This document shows positions 11,001 to 19,834 of a DNA stretch of 51,459 nt, piece after piece. The position numbers and the translations under genes are program-made. Source of the DNA: Klebsormidium nitens (taxonomy: Eukaryota > Plantae > Klebsormidiophyceae); the NCBI GenBank assembly GCA_000708835.1, contig DF237562.1:1-51459 (forward strand), read 5' to 3'. The notes under the pieces were generated by a model that was not told the DNA's origin, ran no database searches, and saw only the letters and a list, made by a program, of their open reading frames with translations. The stretch's first letter is position 1, and every line of letters starts with the position of its first letter.

Positions 11001-14000
11001 ACGATGGGGAAGAAGCGTGCATCCTGTTGGCAGGCTCACTGAGATAGAGATAGAAGGAGAGGGGATATTAGGCTTCCTTCTCGGGTGCTGTGCTTCAGAT
11101 TCCTCGACCCTTGTAAGTTGTTGGGGTCTTCGATGGGTTAGCAAGGACTGTGGGTTTGCAGGCTCCGATTAGCTATGCTTAGACGAAGGAAGAAGCGGAA
11201 GGACCACGGGGGGCTCTTGCGAGGCGATGCTGCATTCGGCTTCCCTAAGCTTCACTTCACTAAGAACACTTTCTAATATATATTCGGCTGCGGACGTCGC
11301 AATCTTCGAACGCGTTTCCGGGGTTGGCAGGCTCGATCAACATTGTCGATCGATCATGCTGATCCGACTCGACTTTACAAACATTGCAGGTTCTGCGCAT
11401 CAGATATTACGGGTACAGGGCACATCTCCGCACGAAGTGGGCGACAGCTTGCTGCGCATACTGTCCCTGCTTAAGGAAAACACCCGGGTAAGGCGCCGAG
11501 AAACCCTAATCCTAAAACACTGTTAGTTTCGACACTTAGGATCAGTAGCTTGATCCTGCGTGTCACTTGGCCTCAGTTGCTTGCACCCACTTTGTTCCGA
11601 TGATATGCAGACCAGGGCCGCTTTGTCCAAAGTAGACCGACTTCAACAGGCCGACGTCTGATTTAACGAGCGGCGCTCGTGCTCTACGCCGTCCGTCTCC
11701 TTCCGCTCTCCTTCTGTCCACGTCTGACCGCTACAAACGACCTTCATTGTCCAACAATAAAACAACAAAACCCTGAACTCGAGACGCCCAGAAGTTGTAT
11801 TCCCATGTTCAGTACGCCTATACATCCGTAGCAGGCAGCCATCTTTCAACATTGCTTCGAACTACCTTGTTCGTCCAACAATCAAATAATAAACTCCTGC
11901 AATCGAGCCGCCCAGAATCTGTATCTCCATTTTCACCACGCATCTACCTCCGTAGCGGGCACTCACCTTTTAACAATGCTGTCGCTGCAGGATCGGACGC
12001 TTCTGGTCGAGGGTTGGGTGTTGGACATCGCATTGCAGCACCACGCGGACGCTTTTGCGGACATTTGCCGCCTGGTCCGGACCGCCATCTTCTGCCGCGC
12101 GGCGCCCATCCAAAAAGCGCAGGTCCGTGAGAACGGTCCCTTCGGTAGAGACTTAGCATGGCTGCGTGGGTCACACGACGAGACTGCTAATTCTGTGGCT
12201 TCCCTTTGGACGCGAATTGGTTGCAGATCTGACGATAACCGACAACATAGAGGCTCTACCATCAAGTGAACCTATTTGCTGATGGTATGATGTCTGGGAA
12301 TCTGCAACCAACTCTGCAAACACCTCGCTTCGGGTCGCTGCTTATTGTTAGTTCTTTGACAACCGAAGTCCTTTTGAGTGGAAGAGGCAGTTGAAAACGG
12401 AGACACCTGTGTTCGCGCCGACGTGCAAGCTTTGTAGGATGCAAGAACCGCCCACCTGGCCTGTTCTTCGAATCGCGCCTTTAAGTAACAATTAGTCCGT
12501 GAAAGTCTAACTCGCAAATCTGTATTCCGGATCGGATTTCCGATAAAGACTAAACTCTACACACAAAATCCCCTTTTCGGCATGCTATTGTGCCGTCGTG
12601 AAGCGTTCTGTACGCAGACGCTGGTCATGAGACCCTGCGACGAACATAACAATCCCAAAGCCTTACAACGCTGGTTGCAGACAAACTTTTCAAAACGCTG
12701 AAAGAGCAAAACCCGAAACCAGAACCACTCGAAACTCTCCTTGCAGCTTGTTGCCGTCGTGAAGGGCTTCGGTGTACGTACGTTAGCGATCGGCGATGGC
12801 GCCAATGACGTGCGCATGATCCAGGAGGCCCACGTGGGGGTGGGAATCAGCGGAAGGGAGGGCCTGCAAGCGGCGCGCTCTGCCGACTACAGCATCGCCA
12901 GTGAGGCCCTCTGCTTTGAACTGACGGTTCGACATTTCTTGGAACCTGAGGGCTCATATGAGAGCGTCTAGAAGTGCCCTGCTAAGCTTTGAGCCCAGAC
13001 TCTTTCTGGATTTTGTCAACGCGTCGTTTGACTCTATAGTTTTGTCTCAGAAAAAGGGAATTGACCTGAACGTGGTTCCTTTTTGTGGTGGCCATCCCCG
13101 GCAAAGGGTCCGCCATGCTCAACGCAGACGATTTTCTCGATGCTGCTCATAGTTAGTCTCCGCTGGCAGCTGCTTCGGTCCGAATCTTGCGTACAGTCAC
13201 TACTGTAGAAGGAGCGTCAAAAGCGCTGCCGTGACGTGTCCATGGCTGTCCCGGTGGTTGCTTCTCGATGTCATTAGTCTAACGCTCTTGCTCCGGTTGG
13301 TTTTGGGCAGAGTTCCGGTACCTGGCCCGCCTGATCCTGGTTCACGGCCGTCACTCGTACCTCTGCACCGCTTTCGTCGCGCAGTACTCCATCTACAAGT
13401 CGCTCGCGCTCTGTTTTGTACAGATCATGTGAGCCTTTTCGATCCACTTTTCGCACGGTCGGAGTTCTACTTCGTCCCAATCGAAGCTTTTCTGCTCTTT
13501 GAACACGGGAGGAGTTCTTATCGACAAACTGAGATGCAGTCAGTGGATGGAGCACGCTAAGGCAGATTTCTGGTCCACTTGCTTCTGGTCCAGTTTGAAG
13601 GCCTCTTATCTTCCGCCGTCGTGCAAGCCTCAAGGCGGGCCTTCCCGAGGTCTAGCGTTTCCGGCCGTTCTCCGCTTTTTGAACACACGAAGCCAGCCCC
13701 TCACAACTCGTCACGAGCCTGCCTCATTTACTGCCACCCGTGCAAGAACAACTTCCTAACCCGACCGTCCCTTGTGCCCCTTCCTGACTCCCCGCCCCGT
13801 CTAACTCCAGCCCTGCTAACGTCACCCATCGTGACGTCACGCTTCGCTCCTTGCAGGTTCGCGTTCTTCTCCGGGGTTGCCGGGACGAGCCTGTTCAACT
13901 CGTTCAGCCTGACCACGTACAACGTGCTCGACACCAGCCTGCCCGTCCTGGCTTACGTCCTCAACCGGGACCTCGCTGACGTCACGGTGACGCAGCACCC

Positions 14001-15888
14001 GGAGCTCATGCAAGACGCCCAGCAGAGCAGGTGGGAAGGTTTTTGTATGGATTGCAGGATCGTGTTGACTGTCTCTGCGTACCGACTTCTTGCTCTGAGT
14101 TACCGTAGTATAAAGTGGTCTGACCGTTTCACGGCTCTATTACGATCAGTGTCGTAGACCTGGAACGTGAGGCTCGATAAGATTGTGCCTTTCAGCCAAA
14201 GCGACGGACAGCATGTAGAGACTGAAATGCATTGCTCAGCTTGAGACTGCCAAGGTGGTGAGGCGAGTTGAAAGCGTGTTTTGCGTGCGAGCCCGCTGCG
14301 CCTTCGCGTATAGTGCAGATCGTCGGGAGGGCTGTGATACCTTGCGGTTCCATAAGTAGCACTTGGAGCTCGTTCTTTTAGCGGAATCTCATCAATGCGG
14401 AAGCTCAGAATCGGAGCCCTCAAGCAGAGGAAGCGGCTCGACCAGAATCGGAGGCGGAAGTCTGAGCGAAACTGGAAAATTAGCCGTTATTTGCGGGCAG
14501 TCGTGGTACGGTGTTTCAAGCAGCGATCAGAGGCCAGTCTCGTCACGGCCCATAAAATCACAGCCCAGCACACCGCACATTACCGAGCTGCGCTCTCTCT
14601 CTTTCTGCGCAGGCTGCTGAGCATCGAGACATTCACGCACTGGTTCGCGCGCGCGCTCTTCCACGCTTGCGCGGTGGTCATGCTGACGTCAGGCGCCTAC
14701 TTCCTGACGGGCGCCAGTCTGGAGGAAGCGGCGCTGGCGGCCTTCTCCGCGTGCGTCTGGGTCGTCACTCTAGTTGTCGCCGTTGAGACCCAGTGAGCAC
14801 CGCAGATTGTTCCGTTGCTTTTTACGGAAGACTTAGGGTTAATATACTTGAGAGTTGTGTTTTGCTTGGGCTCGAGCGTCATCAGGGCCAGTAAAATGGT
14901 TGCCGTTTGGCCGTGTCAACACGTGTACTCTTCACCCGCAGATTCTCGGCTCACCTAATCAATTCAGCAGCTGACGTCCTCTCTAACACGAGCCTCGCTA
15001 ACGTTAGAGGCTCCATCCTTTCGCAGCTCCTTCACGGCCTACCAACACGTGGCGCTCTGGGGCACGGTGCTGACGTTCTACGGCGTCAGCCTGTTCGCAA
15101 GCGGGTACCTGTGGAGCGGTATGTACCGGGTGGTCGGGCGCATGCTGTTTAATCCTCGCTACGGGCTGCTCCAACTGGTGAGCGGCTCAGGAGTCCTGCT
15201 TTTGCTTTTGGCTTTGTTCCAACAAGGGAACCGTCATCATGTTTCTGATTGAGCGGTGAGAAGGGCTCGGCCTTTGTGTCCAAGACCAGTACTGTGGTCT
15301 ACCTGAAATTCGTTGCATTCGACCTGGATCTTCCAAAATCTTTGAAAAGGCTGTAGTCTTGCCAAGGACTTGCAAAAGGTGGGCCGCCTCTGCTAGACAA
15401 GAGTGCAGCTGTTTCTTGAAACGGTGTGAAATGTCAGGAGCGGGGTCGATTTTTTCCAGCGGGAGCCTTTCTTGTTCTCCGATCGTGCGACAGCGAGCCA
15501 CTGACATCTCGGATCGCCTTCTCGGGAAACTTTGGTGCGTTGTGCGTTGTCATGAGGTGCAATCCTTTTGGGGTTTCCGCGTTGGCATATGGGCCTGTCG
15601 CACTTTCGCAAGAGCTGCTTCATACGTTCAAGATACTCACACTCTGGCGAACCTGTTGTGCAGCTGATATGTGTGGTCAGCCTGGGGCCCATTCTGGTGA
15701 CCAAGTACTACCGCTTCTTCTACCACCCTAGCCTGAGTGACAAGCTCCTACAGCTGGAAAAAGAGAGGACTGACCCCGCGGACGCTCTTGCCGAGTCCGG
15801 GACCATGTACAGCCGGCTCCTGGGCACCTCCGCTTCGCAGAATGAGTTGAGTAGACAGCGGTTGATATCAGAAACTGAGCAGCTCTAG
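2034..15888 (+). CDS. ALA2: P4-type phospholipid-transporting ATPase (flippase), ALA2-like, 21 exons
   Basis: Exons 2034-2188, 2979-3192, 3664-3780, 4027-4122, 4572-4746, 5335-5501, 6115-6219, 6821-6918, 7617-7759, 8118-8321, 9184-9348, 10067-10222, 10733-10934, 11390-11487, 11991-12122, 12747-12900, 13311-13428, 13857-14030, 14613-14792, 15027-15177, 15664-15888. All introns are GT-AG and the frame is continuous. Motifs: [22 protein letters not shown] (P4-type DGET), [40 protein letters not shown]. Confidence 0.95.
6487..6546. repeat. Two-copy 35-bp tandem repeat in ALA2 intron 7
   Basis: ctcagttccgaaaagcaaaccccga at 6487 and ctcagttccgaaacgcaaaccccga at 6522. Confidence 0.85.
8283..8690 (+). 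repeat. Four degenerate tandem copies of the ALA2 exon 10 end plus splice donor
   Basis: gcagggaggggcagacgcttg|gtgagg (GT 8322), gcagggagggacagaagctag|gtgagg (8454), gaagggacagacgctcg|gtgagg (8571) and a decayed gcaggaacgggcggacgctcgttcag (about 8652-8678). Confidence 0.75.
9755..10046. repeat. Array of GGTAAGC/GGTAGC motifs in both orientations in ALA2 intron 11; possible non-autonomous DNA transposon
   Basis: Forward ggtag(c)/ggtaag(c) words at 9769-9830 and reverse ctaccgc/ctcaccg/cttaccgc words at 9865-10030. Flanked by TCATTGA at 9748-9754 and 10047-10053. No convincing TIR. Confidence 0.5.
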
Positions 15889-15899
15889 GTGTACGGTAA

Positions 15900-16700
15900 C
15901 TCGTCAACCTAACGGATAGATGTGACCCCGTATCATATGCTTGTGGTCCGAGCTGACAATTGTACTTTATTACGCAAAGCGCGCCCACCTGATAACGGAG
16001 GAGTGTATGACTAATGTTGGATTGATCGTGTCTCTCGGGTTTGGTCACTGAAGAGAACCCATGCGTTTGACCATACCGGGGAAGCAAAGATACTCAGGCT
16101 CTCCAATATGAGCACATGCCACATGATGGCGGCTACTTCTTATATTGAATAGCCCCGGGCCCTAGCTCAACTTGAAATTTGAAATGTATATAGATATGAC
16201 GTATGTAGTACGACATATAGTTATATGTCGTATATTGTCGCCAGCTAGGTGCCCAGTGCATGTGAGCTGCAATGGGGCCCCGGTCCGGGCGGGGATATCG
16301 AGCGGGCAACGGTGCATCATGCCACATGATCACTCATGCCAGCATACCGAATTGAGCATGACCAACGCATCATGTTAAGTCCATATCATGTGCACCAGCT
16401 GGCATGCATTTGTGAACGTGCTAGAAACTGATCTGCAGCCGACCGTCGCTTTCTTCAAACTGCACTGTGGCATACACAACGTATTTGCATGTGTAAGCTT
16501 GAGTTGCTATAGACGAAGACATAAGGGACGGCCAACCTTTACGGATACTATCGAGCACTTGTGCAGGCAAGCATACCGGGTACTACAACCTTTAAGCATT
16601 CTAAGCGCAGGCCGGCTCTTAGTATTAGCACAACAGGTCACTTATTCGCTGAGTTGCATGGTTGAGGGAGTCCACTACCTCATGCACAGGACTAGCTTGC
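15900..16700. other. Palindrome-rich intergenic island 1
   Basis: Dense CATG/TGCA/ATAT/CCGG words. 11-bp hairpin tacgacatata-gt-tatatgtcgta at 16209-16232. The motif ccggg(c)cctagctca is shared with the island near 29223. Confidence 0.5.
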
Positions 16701-16870
16701 GCCAGACGGATCATATGTGGTTACAATGATCCACCTGATCTCCAACCTAGGACTTGAATTGGGGGCCGTTCCGACTGAAATAGATTTACTGTGACCATCA
16801 AAACATACCCAAAAGGTCACAAGAGAAACAAACAATAAGGAGGAAATACAGCATAACCTAAGCGTGATCA

Positions 16871-16918
16871 TGGAGCTGACAGGACTCGAACCTGCATCTC
16901 TCAGCAAACTGCGAATCG
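16871..16918 (-). tRNA. Orphan (distal) tRNA-Ala-like 3' half: extended stem strand, variable loop, T-arm and acceptor 3' strand
   Basis: Minus strand reads CGAT-T-CGCAGTTTGCTGA-GAGAT-GCAGG-TTCGAGT-CCTGT-CAGCTCC-A. It has a TTCGA T-loop, U70 and A73, and no encoded CCA. No adjacent 5' half was found. Confidence 0.7.
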
Positions 16919-17676
16919 GGGCTTGATTGTGCTCCTTGTGTGAGCTTCTCTCTTGGTATAGAACAGCACAGGATAACAGATTGATGTGTATGTCTTGCTC
17001 AAACACCAACTGGTCTGGCTCATGTCAAGCTTTCACTGCATATTGCTAGGAAAACAATGAACCAGCTTGTGTGCTTTGACTAAGTTCCTGTTTCTCGGTG
17101 TTCGAGAACTAGTGTTCATAATTCTGTCACAATTCTGTTATCTCCCGCAAACTTGGACCAACTTTGCCGTTGATACCAATGGCGACTTTGAGATTCGCCT
17201 GAAAGTTTCCTTTCTGTTACTTGCTGAAAGAGCACTGGTCTGCATCTGCTGCTGACCTTGCCAATTTCTGTTTGTTGGTACATCTGGCAAGATCTGTATT
17301 CCTGCCTTCGAGCGACATTTTTGGTGCATTTTGAAGCAGTCTTGCTTCAGCTCTGGTTGCCATCGTTTTGTGCACCCCTTGACGTTGTTCTCAACAAGGT
17401 GACGATTCAGTCTGGACAGCTGAAAGGCTTGCGACGCATGGAATGAGCAATCAGAAACCTCAACAGACACCAACAAACTCGAAATACCAAAAAGGACTCA
17501 AGAACGAGGAACACTACTACACGAAAATCAAGGACACAAAAAACACAACATATCAAAGGGACGCAGACTGGGTACACATACGACCACCAGAAAAAGCTTA
17601 AGACCAAACAACTTAGAACCACACACAGCAAGCGACCAACAAACCTCCCTACTGTCCAGACGCTCTGTGAACATTT

Positions 17677-18405
17677 TGGAGCTGGCGGGGTTCGAACCCG
17701 CATCTCTCAGCAACTGCGCATCGTGTCTGGTTGCTGAACCGCCACTGCAGGCAGGATAATTGGAACAAAGCTCAGCTAGCATGAGCATCTGCTTCCTTAA
17801 TCAGAGCGAAAGGAAGACCCCGGCCGGAGCGCAGGGGTCATCCAGCCCTAGCCATCAATGTTGGCATGAAGCTCGTCAGCGACACCACCAAATTGAGTCC
17901 ATGGCAATCTTCGGCAGTCAAGTCGGTAAGCCAATGCCTTTGCGGGATCGCTCTTGTCATGCGCCGCACAGATTTGCATGCGCATTGGCCACTGACAACG
18001 TGCTGAGTCAGCACCTGCAGACATGGAGATGGACTGCAGGGATCATATGCAACGGTGGGATAGGGTCGGGCCAAACCGTAGAAGCATGCAGATTTGCAGA
18101 TTGCTGGCAGGTAGCAAGTTTAGCTATTTCCAGTCGTTTTGCCTGGGTTGTACACACCCTTCGGCGACTCGGTTGTGACCATCGGGATCAAAGGCACGGT
18201 AGCATGTCATTGCTAGCGTGTTCTCCCCATCAGGTGAGCCATTTGAGCGGAAGCTGCCAGAATTCATGTCGCAATCTGCATTGTTCAACATACGGAAAGG
18301 TCGACCATCACCACAAGCGGAGCCTCTTGGGCAGTCTGGCAGGCCGAAAGATGTAGCCGTCACGATCGCAGTTGCTTGGCGCTTTACCAATTAAGCTACA
18401 GCCCC
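17677..18405 (-). ncRNA. 729-nt tRNA-Ala-mimic RNA: the 5' and 3' ends form a complete tRNA body and the anticodon loop is replaced by a about 635-nt insert
   Basis: 5' half 18405-18361: GGGGCTG-TA-GCTT-AATTGGTA-AAGC-G-CCA-AGCAACTGCG-ATCGTG. 3' half 17725-17677: CACGAT-G-CGCAGTTGCT-GA-GAGAT-GCGGG-TTCGAAC-CCCGC-CAGCTCC-A. This gives a 7-bp acceptor with G3:U70, a 4-bp D-stem, a 5-bp T-stem and a 10+6-bp closing helix. U8, A14, A15:U48, G18, G19, A21, U54, U55, C56 and A58 are all present. Confidence 0.75.
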
Positions 18406-19034
18406 TTTACTTGGAACGAACATATAGAATAATCAAGAAGCAAAATGCAGCAAAAAGAATACAAGACCTTTCAGAAAGCGACTAAAATAACGGGCCTACT
18501 CAAGATCAATCAAACTCACCCTATCCAGAGTAAACAATTGAGATAAAACGTCCTTGGTCAGGGAACAAGCTGGGGGTGTCCCGGAAAACCCACAGAAACA
18601 AACAGGCTCATCCAACCCCGTAGAGTACCCGGCAGTCCATTAATGAACAACCACTCTGCAAAAGCAACACAACAAACCGTCACAACACTCCCTTAAAGCG
18701 GCGCCAGGTTCCCAGCTGGGACACCCCGTCGGATGTGCTGCAGTTGGCAAGGCGAAATGTTGAAATGTTGTCAAACACTAGGTTGTGGATGACTTGTCAG
18801 GTCCGGTCTGCAAGTATGAAGAAAGGCAGATTGCGAGTCAGAACAACTTTGGCTAAAATAAGTAAACCATGAATCATAAGTGAACCATGAATCGATGAGT
18901 GGATTGATTTATTCGATTCAGCCACGAGTACCGATACCCCAAGCAATGATCGATGTGAGCCATGCAATCTGACGAAAAGTGGAAGGAAGAAGAGCGATTG
19001 CTGCCAAGTGAACAGACAAGAAAAAAAAGCACAC

Positions 19035-19100
19035 TCAGGGCTTTTAAAAAAGCTTCATCAACAAACCGACTCTGAGTAGGGATCATAGAGAATGCATCAT
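19035..19100 (-). ncRNA. Candidate box C/D snoRNA (orphan, no terminal stem)
   Basis: C-like ATGATGC (19100-19094), D' CAGA (19074-19071), C' TGATGA (19060-19055), D CTGA (19038-19035). Its 3' end aagccCTGAgtg matches that of the 19747-19834 snoRNA. Confidence 0.45.
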
Positions 19101-19217
19101 CCGATAGAAGCTCACAGATGAGAATGGAGTTAGAGATATCAGGTTCCCAAGCCCAAACAAAACTGCCTCCAACCTTGCATCCACGAACCATGCGAGAGAA
19201 ACACGTGAGAGTGAAGA

Positions 19218-19297
19218 TGGGCTCAGAAGGATCCATTGGTTGTATGCATCACAGCTGCACTCATATAAACTGCTAAAGCAGAGTTCATCATGGCCCA
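19218..19297 (-). ncRNA. Box C/D snoRNA, snR41/snoR41Y/U62-like, predicted guide for the 18S Am541-equivalent
   Basis: 5-bp terminal stem TGGGC/GCCCA, box C ATGATGA (19291-19285), C'-like GTGATGC and box D CTGA (19226-19223). The guide CCAATGGATCCT is complementary to plant-type 18S AGGAUCCAUUGG. The D+5 rule lands on the A after GAGG (yeast Am541). Confidence 0.85.
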
Positions 19298-19432
19298 CTG
19301 CACATTTACAGTACCAAAAAAGCTTTCTGTAAAGACTGGCTGGTGCTATTGAAGAACCACCTGACACAAGTCCTGACCGTATCTCACAAAAACAAAAATA
19401 TCACAAACATGCACACAGTATTAGCTCTTGAT

Positions 19433-19507
19433 AGCCCTCAGCGTCTCGTTGTTTCCATGTGCTCAAGGAGCGGTCAGGAGTTTATTTGTTAATACCATCA
19501 CCGGGCC
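19433..19507 (-). ncRNA. Box C/D snoRNA candidate, target not recognised
   Basis: Terminal stem GGCCC/GGGCT, C-like GTGATGG (19501-19495), D' CTGA (19477-19474) and D CTGA (19441-19438). Length 75 nt, lying between two well-supported snoRNAs. Confidence 0.6.
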
Positions 19508-19746
19508 AGATCGCAATACTGGAAAATGCAATCCGTTACAAGTCTGCTCAAACGCAATGCATGTCACATGAGAACATTGTGACTGAAAGTTGAAACAACA
19601 GGTCATGAAAGGACGTACACTTCATCTGCCTGAACCCAATACTCTGTGACTTTTAGAGGTGTATCACTTGCAAAAGATCGGCACTTTGAGCACCAATGAC
19701 TAACATGCTCTACGACTCCAGATGAAAGGTTTACTGCCAAAAACAA

Positions 19747-19834
19747 CGCTCACTCAGGGCTTCTTCGAAGCAATTGAGTATCCACAGTGGTGTTCAGAGG
19801 ATTGACAGATTCTAAAATCTCATCATAGTGAGCG
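19747..19834 (-). ncRNA. Box C/D snoRNA, snoR14/SNORD110-like, predicted guide for the 18S U1231 (yeast numbering; human Um1288) equivalent
   Basis: Perfect 7-bp terminal stem CGCTCAC/GTGAGCG, box C ATGATGA (19826-19820), D' CTGA (19797-19794) and D CTGA (19757-19754). The 14-nt guide AATCTGTCAATCCT is complementary to 18S AGGAUUGACAGAUU. D'+5 lands on the first U. Confidence 0.9.

Noticed and set aside
17066-17085. Minus-strand TTAGTCAAAGCACACAAGC resembling part of the 5' half (TTGGTAAAGCGCCAAGC), as a partner for the distal 3' half
   Set aside because: It has no acceptor strand, no D-stem pairing and no complement to CGCAGTTTGC. It is chance similarity or too decayed to support.
17829-17841. 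13-nt similarity to U6 snRNA (ATGGCCCCTGCGC) and a nearby AATTGGAAC
   Set aside because: The two U6-like words lie on opposite strands and in the wrong order, and no adjacent D box makes either a guide.
17677-18405. Bacterial or plastid tmRNA (ssrA) or contamination; the terminal sequences GGGGCTG and CCCGCCAGCTCCA match E. coli tmRNA ends as I recall them
   Set aside because: It has a full D-stem, which tmRNA lacks, no encoded CCA, no ANDN..ALAA-type tag frame, about twice the usual length, and it is embedded in eukaryotic intron-rich DNA. The match is explained by shared Ala identity elements.
17677-18405. Plastid-derived trnA(UGC) with a group II intron, or a group I intron tRNA
   Set aside because: There is no TTGCAA anticodon loop, no GTGCG 5' end, no structured domain V (the GAGC...CGGTTC near 17735-17773 lacks the internal stem and GNRA loop) and no P7/R/S motifs.
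17677-18405. Telomerase RNA, RNase MRP/P RNA, SRP RNA or U3
   Set aside because: No CCCTAAA(A)CCC template, no GAAAGTCCCC/GGGGCTTAC P4 pair, no SRP S-domain motif and no U3 box A/B set were seen.
19560-19730. Possible H/ACA snoRNA (AGAGTA H-box, ACA triplets, CAGG/CCTG hairpin)
   Set aside because: The ACA is too far from the hairpin base and the 5' hairpin is unconvincing, so it cannot be supported by eye.
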